Origin: Neoechinorhynchus agilis
Lineage: Eukaryota > Animalia > Acanthocephala
NCBI GenBank assembly: GCA_051530055.1
Contig: CM121342.1
Coordinates: 15,143,480-15,207,479, forward strand
DNA length: 64,000 nt
Direction of reading: 5' to 3'
Under the pieces are notes generated by a model that saw only the letters and a program-made list of their open reading frames with translations, made no database searches and had not been told where the DNA came from. Below, piece by piece: positions 37,918 to 49,898 of this stretch. Within the stretch, counting starts at the first letter, position 1; the number at the start of each line of letters is the position of its first letter. The translations under genes were made by a program, and so were the position numbers.

Positions 37918-39250
37918 ATGCGGTTCCTTTTTCCGTCTCATTGGTCGAAACTGACGTTCATAGCGTATATTTCTTTGTTTGTGAACCAAGGCGTCCTAAT
38001 CACACTAAGCAAATCTCATCGATCGATTCTCAACTACAACGTTCCTTTGGCCGTACTACTGTCAGAAATAATCAAACTCACATTTTCGCTCGTTCAAACA
38101 ATTTACGCAACCACCGATGATTCATCAAACAAATTAAGATGCGTTATTGAGAAATTCCGTGTCTACCATCGACTCCTTTTGTTCTATTTTGTCCCCAGTG
38201 CGCTCTATTGCGCTTACAACAACCTTACGTTCGTTAATCTAAGCATTGGCGGCCATTTGTGTATTGCCTAAACTCGAATGATCGCCGTCCGTAAGCCATC
38301 TTGACCCTACAACGTACTATCTGCTTCTCCAGTTCCGTGTCGTACTTACCGGCATTCTATTCCAACAAATCTTCAAAATCAAACTGTCACCGACCCAGTG
38401 GTTCTCACTCGCTCTTCTAACAATCGGCTGTATTGTAAAGGAATCAGGAAATGCAAATTCCGAATCAATTGATGGAATCGACAAGATCACAAAGTTTGAT
38501 ATGAATACTGACACACGAACAGTATTGCAAATTATAGAATGAATTTTTAGCATTTATAGCACGTTGAAAATATTCATTGGCACATTCATAATGAGAAAAA
38601 AGGTGACGGACGTTCTTTGATTTTATCAGCTGAAAGTATCTTTTTCCCTCTTTTCAATAATAGTGTGCTCTTTTTGATCGATTTGATATTTTCGCAGTAC
38701 CTTAAATAATAATGTACAATACTCGTCGTTTACATCCAATCAAACGACAATGCTCCATTCATCTTCTCATGTTCATCTCTTCTTGATTGGAATCCAAATC
38801 TTCTGCAGTTGTATGGCTGGAGTGTACAATGAATACTTGCTGAAAATGCAAGGATCTCAGGTTGAGGTTTGCGTGCAAAACTTGTTTATGTACTTTGACT
38901 CAGTCCTTTGCAATCTATTGACGATGTTCTTGTGGAAGTCACCATCGAGTAACTTTAGATCCGTGTTCAAGCCCATAGTTCTAGCTGTTATTTTGAACAA
39001 CGCTGCCATTGGGATTGTGACGAGTTATTTTCTAAAACAATTGAATGTTATTCTCAAGGCGTTCGCCAGTGCGCTGGAACTCGTTTTTACTGCCACTCTT
39101 GCGTGGATCATTTTTGGAGTAAAGATTCGTATACATACGATTATAGCGATTGTTATCGTATCTGTCGCTACATTCCTATATTCAAAAGATCCAGTCAAGA
39201 CCGAAGTGCAACAGGTGAATGGAGAGAGGATCGCTGACATCAAAGTTTGA
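37918..39250 (+). CDS. Nucleotide-sugar transporter, SLC35A family (senju-like)
   Basis: YFVPSALYCAYNNLTFVNLS / HLDPTTYYLLLQFRVVLTGILFQ, FCSCMAGVYNEYLLK, NNAAIGIVTSYFLKQLNVILKAFASALE. Confidence 0.88.
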
Positions 39251-39619
39251 TTTTTAACAAAAAGAAGATTGTGAGTCACGAAAGCGAGAATTGCCTATTA
39301 ATCTAGCCGTGCTCAACCATTTCTTATACGGTATCCAACTCAACAAATATTCCGAAATGAAAGCGCCGGAAAGTAAAGAAGAAATGATATAGCAATACTT
39401 TGCGCTGAGGCTGTTCGTCTTCGCCAGAGGCATTGGCATCAGAGGGACTTAGTTACCGATTAACGAAATTTGCGTCTGGACTGTGGAAAATATCAGGCAG
39501 AGGACGACTGACCTCGTTTTTTAAAGTTATTATAAGCATAATTCCCCAAAACCGTCATAATGTTGAATGTTCAAAATACAATTCGCTCAGTCAAATATAA
39601 TAAAGCACAAAACGTGCAT

Positions 39620-39790
39620 TCACCACCGTCCGCAAAATGGGAGCTTTTCTCCTTCCTCGGTTGTCGCAATCACGCTAGCAGCATTGCCTCGTTGTACTGC
39701 AAGAACCATAATTTGTCGTTTTAATGAGCTGCTTTAGAGCGCCCGCTCTCGTGCGGTAATTTTTGGTCATGTGAAATAAAAAAAAATATT
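39620..39790 (-). mobile_element. CRE-like 3' remnant
   Basis: Minus strand reads VLAVQRGNAASVIATTEEGEKLPF, matching the copy at 16070-16330. Confidence 0.7.
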
Positions 39791-40133
39791 TAATTTCAAA
39801 AAATATTTCGTCTACGTCGTGGGACTTTTTCAGAATTGTTTTCGGAGAAAAATACAGGGCACAAATGTTTCTTATATTTTTCTCAGAAAACCATTATGAA
39901 GAACTATACCAACGTAGAGGACGAAGTATTTTTTGAAATTGAATCATTTTTCTTTATTTCACTTGACCAAAAGCAATCTACAAATAAAAACCAAAAAGGT
40001 AACGTGCTTATGCTTAATAAATGAAAAGAAGTCCAGCCATTTTACATGAGGTTAAATTGCAGCGCTTTAATGTATTAGTGACAGAGCGTATTTTTAGATG
40101 TAAAGACGGAAAACCACTTTATTAAACTAACCA

Positions 40134-42014
40134 TTAGGTCGAAATCTTCACACCGCCCTCTGCAGCCTTCTCCTCTCTCAGTCGATCTTTCTTTAGCATC
40201 CCAAAAAATTTAGCCTTTTCAGCGCTGGTCTGGAATCGTCCATGTCCCATCTTCGAGGAAGTATCAATAAATTTCAACTCGATCTTTTCAAGTGCGGCAC
40301 GACTCTTCTGTGGAAGAAGACTCTTTCTTAAAACAATTGGACGCTTTCGAGTACCCATACAACATCCTTTAATTATCAAAAAGTCTTGAGTAACTATTCC
40401 ATAGTGAGGAAAACCTCCCATGGGTGTGATTGATTTCTGAACTGTGTCGTATTCGGTATATCCATTGCTGGTCCAGAGTTTTCCATTTACCGTGTGGTAT
40501 CCGTCACCGATTCGGTATATCTTCTTGTTCTTTTCAGTTCGGTGATGGTAGCCCTTTTGCCCAGCTCTGGCCACAGCGTAAGAAACACGACTGGGATGCC
40601 ATGCACCAATACACGCAACCTTACGAAGACCTTTGTGGGTCTTACGAGGAAGTTTACGAGTGTGCCAACGTGACGTTACACCTAAAAGAAATATTAGATC
40701 AAGAGAGGGGAAAAGTGGATCAGAAGGAAGGCAGCTTGATCCTCATGGAACTCAGAAGGCGCTCGCTTCAATTTCATCATCTCCAAAATAAGAGCTTTAC
40801 CTTTGAATCCCTTTCCCTTTGTAACCCCAATACAGTCTATCATTTCATTACATTCAAATACGTCCTTTATTTGTGGATAGTCGATATCAGAATTCGAAAA
40901 GAGAATCCTGGCAAGCCGGTTATATTGATTCAGTGTTTTTAAAAACATCCTTCATTTGGCTTTTTCCTTGTGGGCACACAGCCCACCTATCTTGGTCAGG
41001 GAAACCCACGGCTAAGAGTTTTTACATCCCTCAGGATCCTCCCCCGGGGAATCGGGACTAATTATTGAGCTTCCTATCCCCTTCAACGAGGTATTTCGTC
41101 CCTTTGGTTATGAATCATAGGAGTTTGTAGATTTTCGAACCCTTTGACCTACTTAAACAGAGATTCGGGCTCAAGTCCATTTGGTCACCTCGACACAACT
41201 ACGGAATGTACAACAAACTCAGTCAGTTTGGGAACATCCCTCAATCGCCTTTTTCCTAAATGGGCTCTAATCCAACCGAATTCTCCTAAAAGTCGGGAAA
41301 AAACACACACGATCTACATCGACAGTTCCACTTCCTTTACACTGACGCTCTTCTCAAAATGACTCTTCGCCCATTCAACCTTATCAGCAACACTTCCTCC
41401 ATTAAGCTGAATTTCCATAATGTGAGCCTTTTTCTGTCTTTTGTTCATAAGTCGCATTTGAGTGTGGCTAATAACCCGAATAACTTTACAATATTTCTTC
41501 ATTAACTCGAAATGATGTTCGATGCGCTTTTGACCTTCCGGCGTCTGCCACTGAGTGGCGTACTTAACAAAAGCGCGTTTCTTGCTCTTGTGCCAGTTTT
41601 TGTAAAAACGTCGTCTGCACTCGTCGTTCAAGTGCTCAGCAAACACAGTTTTGAACGTGCGTAGGCCGTGTGGAGTCTCGATGTAGCCCACAACGCCAAT
41701 AATGATCATGGGCGGTGCTTCAAGCACGGTCACTGGTTCGAGAGTCTCTTTTTTGTTAAGACGGGAACCTGGTTTGTCTACGTCACGAACAACGTGCGTC
41801 ATACCGGCCTTGTACGATATAAACGCAGTAAGATGAACTGGTTTCGAAGGATCATCCTTTGGAAAAGCCTTGACCTTTCCCCGGTGCCGCTTACAACGCT
41901 TTTTTGGCAGAAATCCAAGACTGCCATGACGAGGCTGCTCGAATTTACGATGACTCTAACGATGTCAATAAGCACTAAAAAGAGACGATACCGAACAGCC
42001 TCAACACTTACCAT
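40134..42014 (-). CDS. RPL3: 60S ribosomal protein L3 (uL3)
   Basis: ATG|gtaagt at 42014, then [71 protein letters not shown]. Intron 40682-40800; unusual interruption at 40870-41332. Confidence 0.97.
40716..40785 (-). ncRNA. Box C/D snoRNA, SNORD83A/snR52-like guide for 18S Am468 (yeast Am420)
   Basis: UGGA/UCCA terminal stem, box C AUGAUGA, D' CUGA, C' AUGAGGA, D CUGA. The D-box guide GCUGCCUUCCUU is complementary to conserved 18S AAGGAAGGCAGC. It lies in an RPL3 intron in sense orientation. Confidence 0.9.
40870..41332. mobile_element. 463-bp composite insertion in the RPL3 coding sequence: TIR element carrying a nested SINE-like repeat
   Basis: 7-bp direct repeat TCCTTTA (40863-69 and 41333-39). 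Imperfect TIR gtggatagtcgat (40873-85) / atcgacagttccac (41318-31). Inner 264 bp (40969-41232) is flanked by a 21/25-identical repeat and has A-box (TGACCAAATGG) and B-box (GGTTCGAA) motifs about 46 nt apart. Confidence 0.7.
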
Positions 42015-42299
42015 TACAGCACAGTTGACGAAAACGAAGCTTACTAATAGAGGAAACAGAATAAAGAACGATGTTAGACACAGAAGAATGCTTAAAATTT
42101 TAGGAACGGAAGAATGCACACGTTTTATTTGATTGTGACGTCAGGATTTATCACAGATACAAAGGAGTTTTAGAGCACTGATTAATTTTTTTAGAAACGG
42201 AAACCATGTTCACGCTTTCATTTGTGTGGCATGTTTTAGCATTTGCGAAAAAACCCATAACTCTAATTTTAAGTCTGGCTATCCGGGCCCAAGGAAAAA

Positions 42300-43190
42300 T
42301 TATCAGTCGTGGAAAAGATCTTACTTCAACACAGGGGCATTGTCCTACATCGGGTCTCACATCACCCATGGGCGATTAAGCAGGCGATTCTAGGAGGCAT
42401 GTTGAGAAATGCTAGATTATGCTCGACAACTAGACAGAGCAGATTAGATGCAGAGGAACGGATCCGTGGTATTTTCGCAAGCAACGGATATTCTACACAA
42501 GAAGTAGACCGGATGATTGACAGGGCAAACAACCGACGAAATCGGAACGATCGATTTACCACTGTCGGGAATTCCGTATATATCCGAAGATTTCACATGG
42601 AACGTGAAGCGAATACTTTTGGAATGCCACGCCAGAGCACGGGTTGTGCATATGACCGGTCCTTCCTTAAGAAAACTTCTGATGAGGACTAATCACCACG
42701 AGGATCAGGAGAATTGTCCAAAAAAGTGCATTACGTGCACTCAATGTCAATTGGACAATGGAGATGGAAGACGAAGACCGAAGGCATCCTGTATGATGAG
42801 CGACGTGGTATAGCGGATCACATACGGCAATTGCATGGACCAGGGGAAATCCTGCAGCTACATTGGAAAGACGGAGCGGAGGCTACACCAGCGGGTAACT
42901 GCGCATTTCTGTAATGCACGTAACCCGCACGCACCGTCGTACGCGTCAGCACTGTTGGCCACCCATTTTGCTAACCACCACAATAATGTTAGCCCAGCCT
43001 TGGGGTGGGGGTTCTCTACAAGGCATCTGATCCTGTAGACCTTTTGCATTGCCGAAGCTCTGCTTATTGGTCGTGGAGGGGTCACTCAATCGGAAGGATG
43101 AATTATCAGACAGTTTATCACTTTTCTGACCTTTTCAGAGGGAGAGTCCCCGAAGAAGCCGTGAAGCGGCGAAAATTCGGACAAAATATA
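42300..43190 (+). mobile_element. Penelope-like element 3' half (RT thumb plus GIY-YIG), degenerate
   Basis: HRGIVLHRVSHHPWAIK...NGYS, CPKKCITC, VV*RIT..C...SYIGKTERRLHQRV..HF, DPVDL-CIAEALLI...LNRKDEL. Confidence 0.9.
43141..43190 (+). ncRNA. Minimal hammerhead motif at the Penelope 3' end (U4>C mutant)
   Basis: GUCC CCGAAGA A GCCG ugaag CGGC GAAA AU UC GGAC: perfect stems I and II, palindromic stem III AAUU, cleavage triplet UUC. Confidence 0.65.
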
Positions 43191-43691
43191 ACATCGTACT
43201 CGGGAACGTTTTGGAAAAATCTTGAAGGCTCTGGATTGAGCCGAAATATCGATTCAATAAATTTACATAATTTTTGTCGCCACTACACAAGAATCCAATG
43301 AGCAATGAAACACTTTCATGGATTAGTTGTTTTTGACAGTCTCCAAAAATTGACCTTAACAAATATTGCATTCGGTTGAAAAATTTAATTTTGCTTTTCA
43401 TCTCTCTATTGAAGAAGCGTATAAGTTGTTGGTCCTCGGAACATTTGAAACGATTTTTCCGATATGAATCCATACAATCAAATTGAATGTGACTATGGAT
43501 TGTTGGTGATTGGAATCGATTTTCAATTCTGGGAATTTGAATACGCTGAGATTTATAAACGAGCGATGTTATGGGGTGACAACATATTTATCCAAACGTT
43601 TTTATCGAAAAAAAACACGATGATTTTTTAAGGTCTCAAGTATCCTTCGATTATTTATTATTATCGAGCTCAACAGACTGGTGATTGACAG

Positions 43692-46600
43692 CATGCTAAA
43701 AAATGTTTTTCCTCCTCCCAACTACAATCCTCGTGCATTTTGCTTGACAGCCATGTAAGTAGTGCATCATTTTCCTCACTCTATTTTCTTAAACTCAAGA
43801 GTTGCTCACCTCATTTCCTTAAATCGACGATGGATTTACGAACGGACTTTGTAAGTTAATTAAACATTGCACTTCCATCGGTTTTATACAAGGACTATTC
43901 AATTGATGATACATTGGACAGCAGCGAGTTGGGCAATTCGGAGAATCAAGTTGTGGGACACATTTGTTCGAAGGAAAATCCGGCATGGGAATACATTTCC
44001 AGTACGAGTCTTTAATTTTAAATCCGTCTGACCATCTTTATGAGCGTAAATTCGTTTAAAAAATTTCGAGTCATAAATACATCTTGTCGACCGTACTATT
44101 GGTCAACGAAATTTCTCTAAATTTACTTTGACAATGTCGTATTTGTAACTGTTGAATTGTTAAAGATCAAAAAATCCACGACCGTAATCTGCGCAGTGAA
44201 CAAACAAAACATTTTAGAGAGATTAGAAGATATGTTTCTATTTTAATTGATGCATTAAAATTTATAATCTTGTACATAAAGTCGTCTTGAGCATTGATGC
44301 ATTTGCAGGTAAATTACACGATCTAAAGGTCAATACCGTTCAAACGATTGGCGAAGATTGGATATTTTTAAGCTTGCTCGGATTATCCATGTCTATAATC
44401 AGCTTTGCTGTTGATGTTGCCGTTGAAATGTTGCGAAATTGTATTTACTGAGTTACGCCATAAATTTCCCTTCATCGTTGTAGTCGCTTTTAGGTATAAT
44501 TAAGTCTTACATGTCCAGTCAAAACATCCGGATTAAAATTTGAAGTTCTCGTTTGTGTTTTCGGTCGATTTCTTTTTGTCATATATCATTGTCCTCGGGG
44601 TAAATTTGATTTTACGTTGGCGAGCAATAACGACTGAAGAGGCAAGGAAAACCTTGCGAAATATTTCTCAAATAAATGAGTAACGACAACACCGAGGACA
44701 GGATTCGCCAACGTACAATTTCTTTTTGTTTTTCGTTTTTATACAAACTAACTTTACCGAAATTCGTCAAGGCCTGAAATACGAGAAATTCAAAATAGAT
44801 ATTTAATCTGGACATGTTTGCCTCTCAGCTTTGTTTTATTTTCTGCATTAGTTGTACAAGTATTCGCTCCCCAGGCAGCAGGTACGTCTTCTAGTGATTT
44901 TCTTTGCTGATTATGCTACAGGTTCCGGAATACCTGAAATTCGAGCAATCCTACGAGGTGTTCAACTAAGTCCTAAGATTTTGACAATCAATACAGCCGT
45001 CGTCAAAGTAGTGGCACTAACAGCGGCTTTAGGCAGTGGTGTTCCTATAGGAAAAACGGTGAGTCTCTATCGTTTTACAGTTAAACCCATTTTAAATTAA
45101 AGGGTCCGTTTGTGCATATATGCAGTGCAGTTGCGATTATGATTGGCAATTGGCTGAGTGATGGCACAAGAGACCTCTCTTCGGTAAATAGAATTCTCAA
45201 AAAATCAAAAATTAATTATAAACCGTTCAGATGACTTTGATTTACAATGACATGCTTGTGGTAGCATGCGCGACAGGTGTAGCGGCAACCTTCAATGCAC
45301 CCATCGGAGGTTCGTTGTACTCATACAACCACTACGATAGTCTCAATTCTTTAAAAAAGGAGTTTTGTTCAGCATTGAAGTTACTTCAACTCATTTCAAT
45401 ATCAAAAACTATTGGAGAGGATTCTACGCCTCACTACTCGGGGCTCTCTTCTTTCGCTCGATAAGTCTCGCTAGAGACAAAGCATGTACGGCCGCTTTTT
45501 CCAGTATTCTTTATATCATCAAAATTCATCAGCGACGCTGTTACCACTTGAGTTTTTAAAGTTTCACACGGAGTTTCCGTTCGCTCCTGTTGAAATTATA
45601 TTTTTCGCTATTTTAGGGTATGCCCGTGACATACATTCGTTTCACCAAGTACATTCTCAGAGTTTATTCCGGTATCTTCGGATCGATATTTACTGTTCTC
45701 TACAAATATCTCACCATTCTTGAAAATAAATTAAGAATGAAAATGAATGTTAAAGTGTGGTAAGTATATAAATTATTTTTTTGAAATAACCGGAAATATT
45801 ATTGACTAATTTTTAAAAGAAAACCTAGCTCCGCCATAAATATAGAAAGTCGAATAAATAGTTCTTTACTAACGACACGACTACCCTTTTCATAACGTAT
45901 AAATTTTTTCTATAATCGTTCGAATAGATTTCAGCTTTGACACCCAGGTGAGAGAAATGCTCGATCTAAATATCTCTTAAACTGCTCTATTACTCTCGTG
46001 GTGTTGCACCGGCTCGCAGATAATCATAAAATAGTCAAGATTAAGAATTCGCCTCTTATCTGAGCGCAATAGCTGCGGTGTTTCGGGGTATTCAGGCACA
46101 AAAAGTGCCATGTAGAGGGACAAGAATTTTGTACTTTCAACCTTGCACCATTTCGCATACTAGGAAAGTGTTTTACACGTTCATAATCTCCGTGCTGATA
46201 TTCTCCACAACATTCCCCCACTCAATAGGCCACTTCATGGGCAAAGACGTGAGTGTTTATTGGATTTTGTTGTAGAAAGCCTAAATTAATCGTTACTTAG
46301 CAAACCATGAATCAAAAGCTTAAACATCTTCTAAGTTTTGGATTTTGGAACGGTGATATGGCGAAACAATGGACGCAAATCCAAGAGACGTGGTCGCATA
46401 ATAACACCTTCGGATACTTGGCGATATTTTTTACCGTTAATGTTTGTTTTGTATTTGATTGCGAACGAATGCCTGACGACTCGCCTTTTCTTAGTTCATT
46501 CTGTCAGTGCTGGCCAGTACACTCCCCATTCCATTAGGGCTCTTTGCACCACTCTTCATCCTTGGTGGGACATTCGGTCGCCTTTTCGGAGAGCTACTTG

Positions 46601-48576
46601 CAATGGTCTTTCCAGACGGTCTCAAATATCCGGCTATAGGGTTATATACACGTTGAAATCTTGACCCAAAGCTCTTGTTGAGATTTCGCGATTTAAACCA
46701 ATCATCCCAGCTGGATATGCACTAGCAGGTAGGCTAACGGAAGCAGTGAATTGTATTTACTCGAAGGGAGAGCCATTTTCTTTTGGGCGCTTTTAGAAAC
46801 AAAATCAGTCGGTTTTCAACATGAAATCATTACTTTATGAAGCTTTGAATATCTTCGGTGTTAAGTTTTGTTTTTAAATTGACACTGGCGGATTGCTGTA
46901 ATGATAGAGAAAATCTTTATTCCTGAGCTTTCGCTGTCTCACGTCTTCTACAGGAATCTGCAAAGACGCCCGGAGATCTTTACTGAGTTAAAGTAGCGAC
47001 ATTGAAGTATAAAAAGTTCCTCCCACGTATTGAGCAACTCTGGGGTTTGATTAAGAGGATGTCCAGAACTCCACCTCGCGTTGTCCATGGGAAACACCGA
47101 CCCTTCTCTTCCATTCCCAAAACTTATGCTCGTTATAAAAAACGGGCGATGCTAGTATTGCTGCAGATCAGAGTTTTTAAATTTTTGATCTTTCCAAGCG
47201 TCTGACTTTTATTTTTGATGCTTGCTCTAATGAACAACTAGGATTGTTTCCCTAGTAGTCTTAGAAATTAGTCCTTTGGTTACCAACGGTCATATCAATT
47301 CTTTGATTCTTGGACAGCTAGCGTGCCCTTTGGAAATTCACAGATATTTACTAGATGAATAACGGAGTTCGTACAATATGTGAGCTAAATCTGATCCCAA
47401 TTGAGCAATACCCGCATCTTCCTTAGAAATCGCAACCTGCTATTGGTCTCAAAGTTTTCATGAAAATAAGTGGGGTACAATCGTTATGAGCTCAGAAGCA
47501 AAAAAATCGAAATTTTCAGCATACCTTCGTTTCTAGGAGCGGCTGGATTCTCTGGCTCGGCATCTCATACACTTTCGATTGCAGTGATAGCAGTTGAAGT
47601 GACGGGTGAGATATTGTATCTTCTACCAATTATGGTCAATAATTTGGTGTTTGCGATCGATCACTAATAATAACGTATGAACGTAGGTAGCAGTTGCAAC
47701 GGGAAACATTGTGGCCAAAAGACTGCATCTCTCCATATACGACACCATTAATAAGCTAAAGAAACTTCCTTTAATGCCTGAAATCACAAGTGATAATTAC
47801 AGGTGATTTTTTGTATCCTAATGAAATTCATCAGTTTCAATAAAGATATTTCGACATTAAATTGATTAATTTTATGAACAGAGAATTTAACGTCGTTGAG
47901 GTTGACGCAAGTGCTAGCTCGCTGACTCTACTGGTCAATGGGTCAGACCAAGTTTATTATCCGGTTGTGAGAGGTTAGTTTTGATTCTTAAAATTTAAGA
48001 ACAATGGCCGTTAAAGATGGGGATATATTGGTTGGTGTAACAACAAAAAATGATATTTATGAATATATAAAGAACGAAATAGACAAACATGGCAATAGAG
48101 AAAAAGGTAGGGACGTTTTTCCTGAAAATTCATCAGTATCTTTTTCCTCATGTTCTGCGTATCGATTAAGGGTCGATGGACGTTTCGTCATCATGTTTGG
48201 CATCGGATTTTAATCAGCTAAAAGTGACCGATTCAGTTCATCAGCTTCCGGCAAGTGCATCTCTAAATGAGGTTCTTAAAATACTAAACTGCAGAATGAG
48301 AATATATATGGTGTTTTTTCGCAACAGGTTCACACAATATTCCAATTGTTAGCACTCAAAGTAGCATTTGTGAGCGTAAATGGAAAACTTATTGGAATCG
48401 TAACCGAAAAAGAGGTAGAATGAGATTTAATGGAAAGTAATTTTAAATATATATAGATTGAGAACACCGTGGCCACTTGTTCCGACCGATGGGCGGAAAT
48501 GAAAAATCTTAGACACACAAGCGACACTTTACGTCCAAGCATACAAAAAAACCAACATATTGACGAGAATGTGTGA
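43692..48576 (+). CDS. CLCN2: CLC-2-like chloride channel with C-terminal CBS domains; 5' exons tentative
   Basis: [31 protein letters not shown]|[21 protein letters not shown]|[52 protein letters not shown]. Confidence 0.9.
44580..44717 (+). mobile_element. 138-bp hammerhead-bearing mini-element with a 12-bp TSD, in apparent CLC intron
   Basis: ATTTCTTTTTGT at 44568-79 and 44718-29. Core CUGAAGA G GCAAGG aaaa CCUUGC GAAA UAU U at 44634-65. Two crossing inverted-repeat pairs. Confidence 0.65.
46911..47345 (-). mobile_element. Penelope-like family A copy 2 (decayed, with degenerate hammerhead) in a CLC intron
   Basis: gttaaagtagcgacat.gaag...ggatgtc.agaactc...ggaaacacc is shared with the 2431 and 57437 copies. 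Minus strand at 46911-46966 reads CUGUAGA A GACG ugaga CAGC GAAA GC UC. Confidence 0.65.
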
Positions 48577-48707
48577 CAGATTAAAATTCTTTTTTTACAC
48601 GTCATAATCGCCAAGATCATACAAATGACGTCATTATGAATTTTCTTCCGTGTTTTCTCGGTTACTATAACGCATGAAATTCTTTGACGAAGAGCATCAA
48701 TACCGAG

Positions 48708-49898
48708 ATGTCAAGCGATCGATCGGTTGAAGGTTAGTTTTAATCGCTTGATCCGGGTGGTCATTCTCCTTGTATTTTTCAGACGAATCTAGTAATAACG
48801 CTCAGAAACTCCAGTTGCCGAAGCCGCCCGCGGAAACGAATTCGTACTACAACGCTCAACAATCGAGTTCCCTGTCAAGTGGAGTGCCTCCTCCTCCTGC
48901 CAACTCTCAAAACCCTCCGGTCTATACTTATGGGCAATCAGTTCCAAGTACCAGGGTCGAGTATCCATTCTATCCACCACCTGCAGGTCCATATCCAACC
49001 GCGGAGTATCCATTTTATCCGCCGTATCCCCAATCATACGGCAATGCCGCTCAACCAATGCCTACTGGATACTACAGTCAGTATTCCAGTGTCATGCCAC
49101 CACCACCATACCGACCACCTATGGCAGCGTATCCACCAGCAATGCCGCCAGTTCCCTTTGGTCAGTACTACGGTCAAGATCCAACGCCAATCGGAAGATC
49201 GGTCGATGGAAACAATCAGCCTTCGATAGGTAAATTCGCCTTGTTTTTTCTCTCTATGCACTAAATTCTCTTGTAAGACGAGATCTTCCAAATCAGAGAC
49301 GAAGAAGGTACAATTCCTAACATGATTTTTATATCGAATCTTCCGTCCTCTACGACAAACGATCAACTCCACGAAGAGTTCTCAAAAGCCGGCAATATAC
49401 GAAAAATTCCGGGCGACGGCAAATCTAAAATCTGGATATATAAGGATCGAGTTAAGGAGAAAGGATTCGCTGAAGCTACCGTTTGTTTTCAAGATGCGAA
49501 CGCTGCACAGGAAGCTATCAAAATGTTCAATGGTTCAACGGTGTTCGGACAAGCGATGACTATAGAACTTTGTTCAAAAAAGGAGTTGAACAATCAAGTC
49601 CGAGCTCGAATTGACATTGCCATAGCTTCTGGTCGAGCCATTTTGCCTAACGGAGAGCCTTACGATCCCAACTCGTCATGGAACTACCCAGCGTACGGTT
49701 ATGGGCAGGATAACTTTTATGAACGAGAACCATATCGAGGGAAAAACTTGTACCGTGAACGAGGTGAGTCTTAATTTAAAGAATTTTCCTCGGCACACAC
49801 ATTGATTCATAGGTATAGCATACGGTGGATACCGCAGTTATCCCAACTCAGGCCCGATGAGGACCTCAAGAGGAAGAGAAAGTTATAATCCGTACTAA
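48708..49898 (+). CDS. FET-family (FUS/EWS/TAF15/cabeza-like) RNA-binding protein, reduced
   Basis: P/Y/Q/S-rich N-terminus; RRM IFISNL...KIWIYKDR..KGFAEATVCFQDANAAQEAIKMFNG with the FET-type extended loop; C-terminal RGRESYNPY (PY-NLS-like). Confidence 0.8.

Noticed and set aside
39254-39439. 61-aa ORF with a hydrophobic segment convergent on the sugar transporter
   Set aside because: No recognisable family or splice support; it may be chance.
41110-41200. Intact tRNA gene in the RPL3 insertion
   Set aside because: A and B boxes are present, but the acceptor, anticodon and T stems do not pair; treated as a SINE head.
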